Part shown: positions 8,505-18,024 of the stretch, piece by piece
Position numbering within the stretch: the first letter of the stretch is position 1
Layout of the letters: every line of letters begins with the position of its first letter
DNA from: a virus
Lineage: Duplodnaviria; Caudoviricetes
Virus record (IMG/VR): IMGVR_UViG_3300037439_000033
Coordinates: 1-46,297 of that record
Length of the DNA stretch: 46,297 nucleotides
Direction: 5' to 3' (one strand)
The notes under the pieces: generated by a model
Told to the model about the DNA's origin: nothing
Database searches by the model: none
Seen by the model: only the letters and a program-made list of their open reading frames with translations
Made by a program: the position numbers and the translations under genes

Positions 8505-10660
8505 TATGGTAGTTGGATTAATTCAATCGTACATTGATACTGTTGGCCCTGGTAGCCTTCAATCTTGTTGATATAGTACTCGTTGCTGCTTTCCTTTGTC
8601 TTGATCGACACCGGTTCAAGGAAGTCGAGTCGTGCGTTTACCGTCTCTGGCAGGTTTGCAGGGCATAGCAACTTCACCGGGTTGTTCAACACACGAGAGA
8701 ACTGCTGCCAGAACGCGTCTATCAAAGTTCTCTGAAATGCCAACGGATTATTCACACGACCAAAGCACAGCCCCTGTTTGAAAAATGTATCTACCGGCTT
8801 ACCAGTCGCCAGCATGTTGAAATATGAATGCCCCCAGGTAAGTCGTAGAGATGTCCCTAGGTAGAAGTTTGACTCAAGGCTGAAGTCGTCTATGTCGCGA
8901 AGACCGGTGTGCACAACCATGAAAGCATCGTCACTACTGGTTGTCTCGTAACGCATTCGAGTAATCTTGCCTGGATTGTTCGTGTAGAACACACCTCCGT
9001 ATAGGTTAAGGAAAGTGCTCGTGGTGTTCGATATGATATACTCACCGTTGTATTGCGTGTCTTCAAACTCAAGACGAACCAGTTCGCCAACGTTGAATAT
9101 ATCATATGCATCGGTCAGCATGAACTTTGCAAGACCCGTTCCGTCGTCCTCCACCGTTGCTATCTCTGCGTCGATCTCTCCGTCGACAAGTTCAATAAGC
9201 TCCATACGATCAATCGAGCAATTAAACTCCGGGTGTATGTAACTGATCGGTGATGCGAAGTCGCTGCTGATAACCTCGTCCGATTCTTGGATGAAGTCAT
9301 TACGAGCGATCAACTGGCCGGCCCCGTATTTAATATCCGTAGCGGCGTTATACCTTTCCGTGTCCTCCTCGCTGGTTTCCGAGTAACTGAATATGTTAGA
9401 CCTTCCATAGTTGGATATGAAGTCAACGAAGTCAACCTCAACAGGGCCGGTGATGTACTGGCTTATGTCTATCGATGGCTTACCCTTCAGCTTGTCGAAT
9501 AGATTGAACGTGACAGTTTTGGTGAACGGGTCGTACGACGGAATCGCGTTGAATATCTGAAGAACGTTTGAAACGAATTGCTGTTTACTCCACTTCGGGA
9601 CCACCGCTTTTGCAAACGATTTGAAAATATACGTAGGGGTAATCTCAAGGTTACCGGATATAATATTGACCGATGGTCCACCGGATACCTGGTTGCGGGA
9701 GTACCACTCGATGTAGTCTCCTGCGACAAGGTGAATGTTAGTCGTGAGAGTATTGGTGTCGGTAGTGCTGATTGAGACATGTGATGTAGTGGGGTTACCG
9801 TTCTTGTAAAGTACTATCGAGGTCCAGTGATCAGCGTCTAGTTGCAGAGAAAGCTTAACGTTAAGGTCCATCTCAAGGTCAGCCGTGTACAGGTTTAGTG
9901 ATAGATCGAAGTTGTCAGCATCACCGTCGAAGTACGGGTAATCGCTGTCGTTATCGAAGGTTACCTTAACGTACGACAGGTTGGACGGCAGGTTCTGATC
10001 AGTGATCTTGTTGACGTTGCATGACCGTGCCTCTGTTTCTGAATCGCTCTTTGAGTTTGTTACAACAACGATTTGATTGAAAAGCGGGTGGTCGATCATC
10101 TCGCCTTTCACCTTCAACCCGGAGTACATGAATACGTCGTGGAAGATGTTGTGGAGGAATAACCCAGGGGCGAAGTCCTCAGGCCGTGCAGACTTCCACC
10201 GGCGCGTTTTAAGAGGTCCTGCGTCTACCCATGGGTATACAAGGCCTGACGTCTTTGACCACGATGCAATGACGTTTGCTGACGTTTGGAGGGTGTCGTA
10301 CTTGGCTATCGGTAGTTCCGACAGGCTCCCCTTCAGTAACGAGAACCAGTTGCTATTCCCGCTTATGAATGCCCACCGGATCTTTCCTTCCTTTACGCCC
10401 TCGACTCGAACTGAACCGAAGTGTATCTGCGTGCCGGCGTCGTTCATTAGCACCGCGTTGTTTGCGATGTACTGCGATCCGAGCAGGCTGTCTGGGTCTG
10501 GCATGCCGAGTGCTTTCCTGTTGTGCCCGTTGTCTGACATTTCAGAAGCATATCCGAAATCCCCCACAGCCTCGTCGATTTCCTCAAAAAGTTTAGCCTG
10601 ACGATCTATTTCGACAGGCCCGTTAAAGTCTAGTATGGTATCGTTAACCTTTAGAATCAC
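8504..10660 (-). CDS. Tail tip / baseplate-hub-like structural protein
   Basis: 718 aa, beta-rich, adjacent to the tape measure gene. Confidence 0.6.
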   Translation of the reverse strand: MILKVNDTILDFNGPVEIDRQAKLFEEIDEAVGDFGYASEMSDNGHNRKALGMPDPDSLLGSQYIANNAVLMNDAGTQIHFGSVRVEGVKEGKIRWAFISGNSNWFSLLKGSLSELPIAKYDTLQTSANVIASWSKTSGLVYPWVDAGPLKTRRWKSARPEDFAPGLFLHNIFHDVFMYSGLKVKGEMIDHPLFNQIVVVTNSKSDSETEARSCNVNKITDQNLPSNLSYVKVTFDNDSDYPYFDGDADNFDLSLNLYTADLEMDLNVKLSLQLDADHWTSIVLYKNGNPTTSHVSISTTDTNTLTTNIHLVAGDYIEWYSRNQVSGGPSVNIISGNLEITPTYIFKSFAKAVVPKWSKQQFVSNVLQIFNAIPSYDPFTKTVTFNLFDKLKGKPSIDISQYITGPVEVDFVDFISNYGRSNIFSYSETSEEDTERYNAATDIKYGAGQLIARNDFIQESDEVISSDFASPISYIHPEFNCSIDRMELIELVDGEIDAEIATVEDDGTGLAKFMLTDAYDIFNVGELVRLEFEDTQYNGEYIISNTTSTFLNLYGGVFYTNNPGKITRMRYETTSSDDAFMVVHTGLRDIDDFSLESNFYLGTSLRLTWGHSYFNMLATGKPVDTFFKQGLCFGRVNNPLAFQRTLIDAFWQQFSRVLNNPVKLLCPANLPETVNARLDFLEPVSIKTKESSNEYYINKIEGYQGQQYQCTIELIQLP

Positions 10661-12804
10661 GCTGTTTGCGCGGGAATATCGCCCGTCTCCGTGATGGTAA
10701 ATTCAATCTCGCGAAGCTTCTGGTTGTCTGTGGTGATCTGCATGGAGTTCGTGTCAACCGTTACCGTGCGACGGCCGGCAGCATCGATCATCTGTACCAA
10801 TGGCGACGACTTGATGTAGGACAAAGCGAACGCCTCGTCTTCCGTCAACCCGTTCTGCGATCGAACTACTATGTTCCGGCGCGATGTTCGCATTGTCTCG
10901 TACCGCAACGTGTCCGCGGTAGATCCGTACGACTGTGGCCACTCGGGAAGTATGTTTTTCTCTGACGTCTGGGTGTTGACTACCTCCGTTAGATAGTCCT
11001 TCTCGGCCTTGAAAGTCCAGTACTCCCAGCCTCCAAGGTTGTTAACCCAGGTCAGCTTGATCTCCTGGTTGGAGCACCCGCAATCTATCTTTATTGTCTT
11101 TATCTCGGATGAAGGTGTTTTAATCGGCCCTTCTATTCCGTACTCTGTTAAATGCACAGTAAATGCGCCAGGGCTTCCGGATGCCATCACCGCCCGAATG
11201 CCTATGTACTTGCACGCTGGGAAGAACAGCGAAGGGCTGCCAGTAGGCGTCTCAGGTGATCCTGATAACGTGTATAGGTCGTGGCTGATTAATACATTCA
11301 AATCAGCGTCTAAAGCAACAGCGATGAACTTTATAGGGTTAACGCTGCCAGGTACAGAGAGCGTCCAATTAAGTGTGTAGTTGCCTGAAAGTAAGTCAGC
11401 GTCCCAATAAAGTATGTCGCTGTACTGAAGTGTCATTTGGATAGTCGCTCGGTCCTCTTCGGGGATTGCTGTCCATGCCTTGCCTGTCATGAAGTCCTTC
11501 TGATCTGACACATCGTTCAGCACGAACACCGGTGCATCTTCAGTGGTAAGCAGAAGCACGTTCATGGTGTCGTACAAACACTCATTCACGCCGTCAGAGT
11601 TTAGCGGCATTCGGTAAACTCCTGGCCCTTTCTCGGGTATGTCCTCTTCGAGCGATTGAACTACCGCACCGTTTTTAATAAAGTCCTTTTGAAGCGTTCC
11701 GCCGCCGCCTATGCTGATGAAGGATATATCCTGGTAACATGGTAGGTCACTCTCTTCGCATGCGAACAGCGTCGGGATAGCGAACAGCGTGAGGAATTTT
11801 GCGGTCTGTGTATTCATGAGGTAATCTGAAAGGTATCCGGAATATGGATTGCCGAACGGCAGTTTGCTGTTAACAGCCTTCCCTACGTATGTTGGGCTGT
11901 CGCTTGCAATGCTTCCTTCAAAACGAAGCAGGGTGTACCCAAACGAGTAGTCGTATGTCTCTTGATATGAGACGTAGAACTCCGTGAAGAAGTCAATGTT
12001 GTTCGGCATTATATCGTCGCCTACTCCATTGCGAAGCTTTACGTACGACTGAAGGATCTCGCTGATTGAGAATCGCACCGTGTTATTGCTGTCTGGTATG
12101 TACTTTAGTGTCGCTGCAAGCTCTACCGACTTCTTTACTGCACCCGGGGTATCAGTGACGCCAGCGTATACACGTATGATAAGCGCGTAGTTGCTATAGT
12201 ACTTTCTGACCTGAGCGCCGGACTGGTTGTAAGATCCGCTGTATGCAAGGTCGATCGTTATGTATGCCTGGCTTGCCAGGTAGTCAATACTTTGAACCTG
12301 CCATATCCCATTGAGTCTTGAGTCTGTCGCGTTATTCACCCTGATAAACTCAAGAGGGTGCATTGGAGTTGCGGAGAAGTCACCTGTTAGGCGAAGGCGT
12401 GCGTACCCATTGTTGTTGTCTATCGATATAATCGAGAGTGCTGTTGCAGTGTTGAACGGGAATAGGCTATTCGTAACCTCGTACACGATCGGAAGGTGGA
12501 CGGCGGACCACATGTGCTCCAGGTCCTCGGCTCGCACGCTTACCGTGGCATCGTTAACCCATGACACGTAATCGACACCTGCTGCCGGCCTTATGAAGTA
12601 CTCGCTGGAAGTGTTAACGTCGGCGTACCATATCCCGTTGTAGGCCGGAACCGGGCTGTTCTGAACCAGTATGAAGTCTCCCGTGGTAAGCCCGTGCGCC
12701 GTTGATGTAAAGCGCGCATAGTTGAAGTTGTTGTCAACCGCAGCGGTCTTCGCAACTGCCGAATACCTACGCCCGATCGGCCTGGTTATTGTCGTTAAAG
12801 CCAT
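10657..12804 (-). CDS. Tail structural protein (distal-tail-like)
   Basis: W.N.LGGWEYWTF C-terminal motif; N-terminal AHGLTTGD beta-barrel repeats. Confidence 0.6.
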   Translation of the reverse strand: MALTTITRPIGRRYSAVAKTAAVDNNFNYARFTSTAHGLTTGDFILVQNSPVPAYNGIWYADVNTSSEYFIRPAAGVDYVSWVNDATVSVRAEDLEHMWSAVHLPIVYEVTNSLFPFNTATALSIISIDNNNGYARLRLTGDFSATPMHPLEFIRVNNATDSRLNGIWQVQSIDYLASQAYITIDLAYSGSYNQSGAQVRKYYSNYALIIRVYAGVTDTPGAVKKSVELAATLKYIPDSNNTVRFSISEILQSYVKLRNGVGDDIMPNNIDFFTEFYVSYQETYDYSFGYTLLRFEGSIASDSPTYVGKAVNSKLPFGNPYSGYLSDYLMNTQTAKFLTLFAIPTLFACEESDLPCYQDISFISIGGGGTLQKDFIKNGAVVQSLEEDIPEKGPGVYRMPLNSDGVNECLYDTMNVLLLTTEDAPVFVLNDVSDQKDFMTGKAWTAIPEEDRATIQMTLQYSDILYWDADLLSGNYTLNWTLSVPGSVNPIKFIAVALDADLNVLISHDLYTLSGSPETPTGSPSLFFPACKYIGIRAVMASGSPGAFTVHLTEYGIEGPIKTPSSEIKTIKIDCGCSNQEIKLTWVNNLGGWEYWTFKAEKDYLTEVVNTQTSEKNILPEWPQSYGSTADTLRYETMRTSRRNIVVRSQNGLTEDEAFALSYIKSSPLVQMIDAAGRRTVTVDTNSMQITTDNQKLREIEFTITETGDIPAQTA

Positions 12805-13261
12805 TCTTTATTCGGGTTATGGTCGATTGAATGAAGTCTTGTGTGATGCGGTCGGTTATCTCCTGCTCTAGCTTTTCGACTACCGGGGTGTATAGGACGC
12901 GGCCGCCTGACTTGTGGAGGTCGTCCCCTTCCTTGTTGATCTTGTAGGCCAAGAATTTGGCTAGCTGCTCTTTCTTCTTTTGGGGCAGGTCGGTGCCTAT
13001 TCCACGGGCCGCCATCCAGCGTAGCATGTACTTATCGAACTCCTGGTATTCGTCGCTCTTACGTGGGCCACGGCCTGTTTCAACCGCCTTCAAGAACTTT
13101 CGGCCGTAAAAGATAAGCTGGTGAACCGTGTCCTTAACCTTTACCTCGAAACGAATGCTTCGAACCGTATCACCCGTTGCAGACTCCGGCCTCAATACGG
13201 TCTGAATGGCTTTAACGCCCAAGATTCCGTACTCGTTGAGGATGGAGGTTAGGTTCACCAT
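12767..13261 (-). CDS. Neck / tail-completion protein (HK97 gp10-like)
   Basis: TG.T..SI, VE.GR.P and LA..I..KI..EG pattern. Confidence 0.65.
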   Translation of the reverse strand: MVNLTSILNEYGILGVKAIQTVLRPESATGDTVRSIRFEVKVKDTVHQLIFYGRKFLKAVETGRGPRKSDEYQEFDKYMLRWMAARGIGTDLPQKKKEQLAKFLAYKINKEGDDLHKSGGRVLYTPVVEKLEQEITDRITQDFIQSTITRIKNGFNDNNQADRA

Positions 13262-13512
13262 TTTGCATTTTTGAACGTTGCAGATTCTCTACCAGGCTTG
13301 CCGGTGATGGCAAGATCCAAAGATACAGGTACTTGATATAGTTTATTCTTATCCAGCATTCTAGGATTAATCTCGTTAGGATTGGTTATCGGATAGCCTG
13401 TATCATCCGAAACAGGACCGAATGTTTCGTTGTCGTAATCGAGGCTGAAACTTGCGAAGGCTCGCAACTCACCTTTACTAGTCAGGAATAAGAACCATTT
13501 ATCTTTGGCCAT
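13255..13512 (-). CDS. Hypothetical protein
   Basis: AT-rich ORF filling the gap between structural genes. Confidence 0.65.
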   Translation of the reverse strand: MAKDKWFLFLTSKGELRAFASFSLDYDNETFGPVSDDTGYPITNPNEINPRMLDKNKLYQVPVSLDLAITGKPGRESATFKNAKW

Positions 13513-13515
13513 ATA

Positions 13516-13971
13516 TCAGCATTGTGGCTCTAAATCTACACAAAAAACTGTATTCGATGGGGTGTTAAGGTCGAAAGATAGGATAACACCTGTTAGCACG
13601 TCGGCGTGCCGCTTGTGGAATGGCTCGATCGATCTGGATGGCATAGTGACTAGGTATGACCTTCGAAGGCCACGGTCGTAGATGTCTGATAGTTTGCTGG
13701 CTATGTCGTCAGCCTGATCTTTTAGAGCCTCATACTGTGCTGGCTTTGAGTCCATCGAATCTTTAAAAGCAATGTGCAGAACAATATTCCATGTCTGCAA
13801 CTTCATTGGCGCGGCCGTCTCCGTGCGGGAAAGCGACTCCATCCACACGTAAGGATACGGCTTCCCAGGCTCCGAATTGAAGTCACTGATCATCCCGTTA
13901 CGGAACTCTGCAACTTTCTCAAGGGCGTCTACTCCTGCCTTTATGAAGGCGCGTACTTCGGATCGGTTCAT
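13516..13971 (-). CDS. Probable tail terminator
   Basis: YPYVWME, P-F...D.LTGV pattern; size and position. Confidence 0.6.
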   Translation of the reverse strand: MNRSEVRAFIKAGVDALEKVAEFRNGMISDFNSEPGKPYPYVWMESLSRTETAAPMKLQTWNIVLHIAFKDSMDSKPAQYEALKDQADDIASKLSDIYDRGLRRSYLVTMPSRSIEPFHKRHADVLTGVILSFDLNTPSNTVFCVDLEPQC

Positions 13972-14090
13972 CGTTTTATAGTTGGTATTCCAGTGCTCAT
14001 CTCTTTGTACTTCTTCTCTTTGGCCGCGATGAACATTCGAATACGATCAGCCAAAACACTATCAGTTACTTGTATGGTAAGAATTTTCAC
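13968..14090 (-). CDS. 40-aa hypothetical protein (not in ORF track)
   Basis: GTG start overlaps the frameshift-frame TGA (GTGA); stop overlaps the next ATG (ATGA). Confidence 0.6.
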   Translation of the reverse strand: MKILTIQVTDSVLADRIRMFIAAKEKKYKEMSTGIPTIKR

Positions 14091-14362
14091 TTTCCTTTTG
14101 GTTTAAATTGGTCCATGTACTTCTTGTTAGCCGCCGCGTAGTGCGACACGTATTCTAGTCTCTTGTGGAATCGGTAGACGTGCCAGTTGTATAGCTCCTC
14201 CGTCCCGAGGCCAGTCTCTTTTTCCATAGCCACAGACGTGCCGTAGAAACCGTATAGACCAGCCAGCTTTGAATAGCCAGCCGCAATCTCTTCATCCGTG
14301 TAATTGGTCTTCGGGAGACGTCGTTGATGGGCCTGCTCAATCCTATCAATTTCACTACAGTA
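14087..14362 (-). CDS. -1 frameshift extension of the tail assembly chaperone (gpGT-like)
   Basis: Open -1 frame YCSEIDRIEQAH...EEIAAGYSKLAGLYGFYGT...EELYNWHVYRFHKRLEYVSH...KGK*; candidate shift site AGT TTT A at 14367-14361. Confidence 0.7.
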   Translation of the reverse strand, partial: YCSEIDRIEQAHQRRLPKTNYTDEEIAAGYSKLAGLYGFYGTSVAMEKETGLGTEELYNWHVYRFHKRLEYVSHYAAANKKYMDQFKPKGK

Positions 14363-14868
14363 AAACTCCCTACGGCCAGCACCTCCATGGCTGGCGCGTT
14401 CATGAACTTCTCTGCGAGTGCCTCGGCTTTCTCGAAGTCGAACTCACCGAGGTTATCTTGCGGTTGGGCGTACACTGCGCAGTACAAAGCGTATCTTCGC
14501 ATCTGCTCGATAGGCGTCATGCTTGCGCTTGCGGCTACGTCCTCCCGGATGTACTGGTACTGCCCAATCGTTTCGAACCCCAGATCCTTCGGCAGGTCGT
14601 AACCCATGATCGAAGTAGGTAGCACCTTCGGTATCTCAGTCGAGGTCAGGAACGAAAGGCAGATCAGAAGCTCGTCAAGGCCACCGTTATCTACCCGAGC
14701 ATTACCGATCAACTCAGCCGGTTCGTCCAGGAACACCCCGAAGATCTTCAACCAGTCGTCGTTGGCCTCGTTTATCGCCATGAGTTGCCGAAAGGTCACC
14801 TCCTCCCACCGAGTGGGGATCGATACCGTCTTGATATTCTTGCCTAAGCGTATGTTAAAATGTTGCAT
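14155..14868 (-). CDS. Tail assembly chaperone (gpG-like)
   Basis: IPTRWEEVTFRQ, TIGQY and A.Y motifs; overlapping -1 frame. Confidence 0.65.
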   Translation of the reverse strand: MQHFNIRLGKNIKTVSIPTRWEEVTFRQLMAINEANDDWLKIFGVFLDEPAELIGNARVDNGGLDELLICLSFLTSTEIPKVLPTSIMGYDLPKDLGFETIGQYQYIREDVAASASMTPIEQMRRYALYCAVYAQPQDNLGEFDFEKAEALAEKFMNAPAMEVLAVGSFTVVKLIGLSRPINDVSRRPITRMKRLRLAIQSWLVYTVSTARLWLWKKRLASGRRSYTTGTSTDSTRD

Positions 14869-15109
14869 ATAATTCTTGTATATCTGACGGACGAACTAAA
14901 TGCACATTCGTAATATTATTCTCGAGTGGTACATCCACCTGAATTAAATATTTATCTACAACGTGTATATGCCACTTTTCTTGACCATGGGCATATGAAA
15001 GAATCGACCCTTGATCCTTTACTTTGTCAATTATGCGGCCAGTCAAAGAATTATATTCTTTACTGCCTTCATAATAAGGAACCTTAAATTTTACTCGTTG
15101 ACCTATCAT
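14855..15109 (-). CDS. Hypothetical protein (SH3-like beta pattern)
   Basis: AT-rich ORF between the terminase and the chaperone. Confidence 0.65.
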   Translation of the reverse strand: MIGQRVKFKVPYYEGSKEYNSLTGRIIDKVKDQGSILSYAHGQEKWHIHVVDKYLIQVDVPLENNITNVHLVRPSDIQELYATF

Positions 15110-15121
15110 AGTGTAGTGTGT

Positions 15122-16489
15122 TTAAAATACCTGCATACTCGGTGCCCCCTGCGGGGTTGTGGATAAAAGCACGTCAAAGTAAGCGCGCATTATGTACGTA
15201 TCCAAATCGTCGGGGGAGTGGCCGAGCATTTCTTTCATAATATCCTTTTTGATGATCCCCTTCTTCATGTCGGTGTCTACCGCTTTCTGCTTTAGCTGTT
15301 CGAGTTCGAGGGTTATCTTATCGCGGATAGCCCCTTCCTGCGGGTCGTAAAGCCCGGCTGAATTGATGATGTCGGCTAGCTTGAACGCGCATTGAGACTT
15401 CAGCATATCGAAGTTCGCCCGCATCGTCGTGCCCTGGGCATCGCGTTCGTAGGTCAGGAGAGGCAATGAGTTCGCGATGAACCCGGTGCAATTTAGGATG
15501 TCCTTTACGCCCCCTCCGACGCCGTCCTCGTCCACGATCGTGCGCGACATGGGGATCTGGTAGGAGTTCGCCATCTCACGTATCCGCGTCGCAACTTCCA
15601 CGACTGACGCCTTCGACATGACCACCCGCTTGATGCAGCGCCATCCGGACCACACACGTATGATCGTGTGATCCTTACCCATGCGGGCGATGTCTGCGCT
15701 GATGTATCCTGTCCCATCCGCAACGTGCTGGTTGGTGAAGATGTCCAGGATGTTCGTGTACTCGCACATCGTGGCCGGGTCGTCGTCGTATTCCCAATTC
15801 CCTTTGAGTAGTCGTTCCTTCTCGTTAATGGACAGCGTGCGGTTCAGGTGGTCAATATAGCCCGCGGGCAACATCTTGTTATCGTGCGGCAGGGCTTGTA
15901 CGAATCGGCGCCACAGATCGAGAACGCCTTCCTTGAATGGCTTGTAGTACTTGCGGTAGAGGTAGTTCTTAGCCGGGTTGCAGGTCTGAAGGAACTTACC
16001 GACCAGGTTATAAATGTCATTCATCCACCTTCCGATCGATGCCGACAGGTTGTTGATCGCCGCCTCGTCGAACTCCCCTGCCTCCTCTGCCCATCCCCTA
16101 GTCATCTGCATCGATCCAAACCTTGTGTACAGTGGATCAGATGGTTGGTACGATGCCTCGAGTAGAAAGACCTTAGAGCCGTTATAAAGGGTAAAGAAGT
16201 TGTCCTGCGCGTTGAACTTGAAATAACGATCATCCAGGCCCCAATGCTTGAATACCTCGTAGATAGAAGGGATCGTAAACTTACGAAGGTCGTTCAGCTT
16301 CTTTCTGGCAATGAAGTACATCGTGCCGGGATACATGAGCGCATCCCCGAATATCAGCGAGCATCCGAGGTACGACTTTCCCGACCCCTTGCTGCCTCCG
16401 TAGACAATATCCGACACCGTCGGGTCAAGCCAATGCCTGCACACCTCCTTCTGCTTCTCGTTCCCGTGGGTGTTGAAACTGATCTTCAC
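15122..16489 (-). CDS. terL: Terminase large subunit
   Basis: YGGSKGSGKS Walker A, WAEEAGE Walker B, TCNP coupling motif, ADIARMGKD and SPDDLD nuclease motifs. Confidence 0.95.
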   Translation of the reverse strand: MKISFNTHGNEKQKEVCRHWLDPTVSDIVYGGSKGSGKSYLGCSLIFGDALMYPGTMYFIARKKLNDLRKFTIPSIYEVFKHWGLDDRYFKFNAQDNFFTLYNGSKVFLLEASYQPSDPLYTRFGSMQMTRGWAEEAGEFDEAAINNLSASIGRWMNDIYNLVGKFLQTCNPAKNYLYRKYYKPFKEGVLDLWRRFVQALPHDNKMLPAGYIDHLNRTLSINEKERLLKGNWEYDDDPATMCEYTNILDIFTNQHVADGTGYISADIARMGKDHTIIRVWSGWRCIKRVVMSKASVVEVATRIREMANSYQIPMSRTIVDEDGVGGGVKDILNCTGFIANSLPLLTYERDAQGTTMRANFDMLKSQCAFKLADIINSAGLYDPQEGAIRDKITLELEQLKQKAVDTDMKKGIIKKDIMKEMLGHSPDDLDTYIMRAYFDVLLSTTPQGAPSMQVF

Positions 16490-16746
16490 CAGCGTATAAC
16501 CATTCCTGGATTCTCCTTCATTCGTTGCGATGCTGGTTTAACTAACGTCCATTCTCGCAGGGTTGGCTTCGGAGCCTCGATGATATATGGCGACGGCGTT
16601 CCGTACATCTTCCACATCATCACGTCCAATACCGATACGCGACGACCAGGTACGTAGAAGTTACCTGATCCATGCAGATGGATGATCGTAGGTGGTTTAG
16701 GTCGCCATGTTGATTTATGAACTGCCATATTTTCAAAGATTGACAC
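16486..16746 (-). CDS. Hypothetical protein
   Basis: Stop overlaps the terL start; start codon uncertain. Confidence 0.5.
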   Translation of the reverse strand: MSIFENMAVHKSTWRPKPPTIIHLHGSGNFYVPGRRVSVLDVMMWKMYGTPSPYIIEAPKPTLREWTLVKPASQRMKENPGMVIRW

Positions 16747-16799
16747 GTTTTATTGAAGCGAGGCTGTCTCGGTTCGGGAGTGAATTATGAAATTCGCAA

Positions 16800-17039
16800 T
16801 CAATCATCCTTTCTGTGTTTAAAGCATTCCTGCGTATCGATCTGGCATACACCTGGCTGGAAGCTTACCGGCTTATCGAACTTTGTACAGTTACCGTAAT
16901 GCGTTCGCCAGCTTGCCTTTTCGTTGCCTTTGTAAAGGTGATCGAACGACCTCAACTTTTCAAAGTCGCGGACCATGAATGCGCAGTCGTTGCAGTTGCA
17001 ATCGACCTTTTGAAGTAAGTATGCGCTTTCTTTATCCAT
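16800..17039 (-). CDS. Cys-rich hypothetical protein
   Basis: CNCNDC...GNC...C.....CF.HR. Confidence 0.75.
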   Translation of the reverse strand: MDKESAYLLQKVDCNCNDCAFMVRDFEKLRSFDHLYKGNEKASWRTHYGNCTKFDKPVSFQPGVCQIDTQECFKHRKDD

Positions 17040-17040
17040 G

Positions 17041-17175
17041 CTAAATCACTGTGTAACAGTCAATACACTTATCGAAATCGAAGAAGAATACCATGATCGC
17101 GCCGGTTGCCAGAGTGGTCCAGTCCTGCCACATGTATGGCGCGTTTACGTATTCCTGATGGGGGACGTACTTCAT
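17041..17175 (-). CDS. 44-aa hypothetical protein (not in ORF track)
   Basis: TGATG coupling; MKYVPHQEYVNAPYMWQDWTTLATGAIMVFFFDFDKCIDCYTVI. Confidence 0.5.
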   Translation of the reverse strand: MKYVPHQEYVNAPYMWQDWTTLATGAIMVFFFDFDKCIDCYTVI

Positions 17176-17285
17176 CACTCCCCCGGCTCCGGCCAGTCCC
17201 CGTTGACAGTTTTCAAGATTGCGGTGAAGGCTGAACCGATCAGCAAAGCACCGAACACGAGTGCGGATGTTAGTAGTATTGTCAT
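17175..17285 (-). CDS. 36-aa single-TM peptide (not in ORF track)
   Basis: MTILLTSALVFGALLIGSAFTAILKTVNGDWPEPGE; ATGA and TGATG overlaps. Confidence 0.55.
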   Translation of the reverse strand: MTILLTSALVFGALLIGSAFTAILKTVNGDWPEPGE

Positions 17286-17368
17286 TTGCTTAGAACTTTA
17301 TGAATTTTAATCCCGACCAGTACTCCGACGCAGTAGCATACGAAGCAGTAAATTACGATTGCGATCAT
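17282..17368 (-). CDS. 28-aa single-TM peptide (not in ORF track)
   Basis: MIAIVIYCFVCYCVGVLVGIKIHKVLSK; ATGA overlaps at both ends. Confidence 0.55.
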   Translation of the reverse strand: MIAIVIYCFVCYCVGVLVGIKIHKVLSK

Positions 17369-17784
17369 TTTATCTCCATGCCGGTTATCGGCGTTATGTT
17401 TAAGTTCCCTTCCAGTTCTTTCTTGTCGGCCAAACCTTCAAGGCGGGCCGCTAGGTTAGCATTGTAGACGCCGGCCATCGCCCCTTCAATGATGTCGGAG
17501 CTGCATTCCTTCTTAAGTGCGCGTATGATCGGCAGGTATTCTGTGTAGGCGCCATCCGTATTTTGTTCGTAATTGCCCAAATGGACGAGTATTTTGTTAC
17601 GTGCCAGGAACCCTTCGAACCCGACCCATGATAATGGGCGCTGCTTTCTCCTCTCTACCTCCTCTGCATCCTTCCCTACAAAGTCATGAACCATGTAAGG
17701 GTTTTCCTTTATCCAAGTCTTGTACTCTTCAAAAAGGCGTTCTAATGCCTCAGGGCTTTCTATTGCCTTTGGTCTACCTGCCAT
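17365..17784 (-). CDS. terS: Terminase small subunit (P22 gp3-like DNA packaging protein)
   Basis: MAGRPKAIESPE.L, RPLS..GF, GA.AG.YNAN..AR..GL.DK. Confidence 0.88.
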   Translation of the reverse strand: MAGRPKAIESPEALERLFEEYKTWIKENPYMVHDFVGKDAEEVERRKQRPLSWVGFEGFLARNKILVHLGNYEQNTDGAYTEYLPIIRALKKECSSDIIEGAMAGVYNANLAARLEGLADKKELEGNLNITPITGMEIK

Positions 17785-18024
17785 CTAATAAGGGAAACGC
17801 TTCTGGCGTTCTTTACGTCTTTCGTTGTTTAAACTTGATTCCACCTTCCTGCATTCAGGGCAGTAAGGGCTTTCTCGATGGCCTAGACCGGGTAGAACGA
17901 AGATGTTCACCGGCTGTGGCGTCTCGCACCGCTTGCATGTCTTGGTGCCGTCTCCGTTCTTTCGATGGGAGAGATGGCCTTTCATGGGGTCTAGCTGGCG
18001 CATCATAAACGGTCGTCTATCCAC
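17785..18024 (-). CDS. Zinc-finger protein
   Basis: CKRC...CPEC. Confidence 0.7.
   Translation of the reverse strand: MDRRPFMMRQLDPMKGHLSHRKNGDGTKTCKRCETPQPVNIFVLPGLGHRESPYCPECRKVESSLNNERRKERQKRFPY

Noticed and set aside
15111-15121. GTGTAGTGTGT also present inverted at 3334-3344
   Set aside because: Low complexity, opposite orientation relative to transcription, no consistent context
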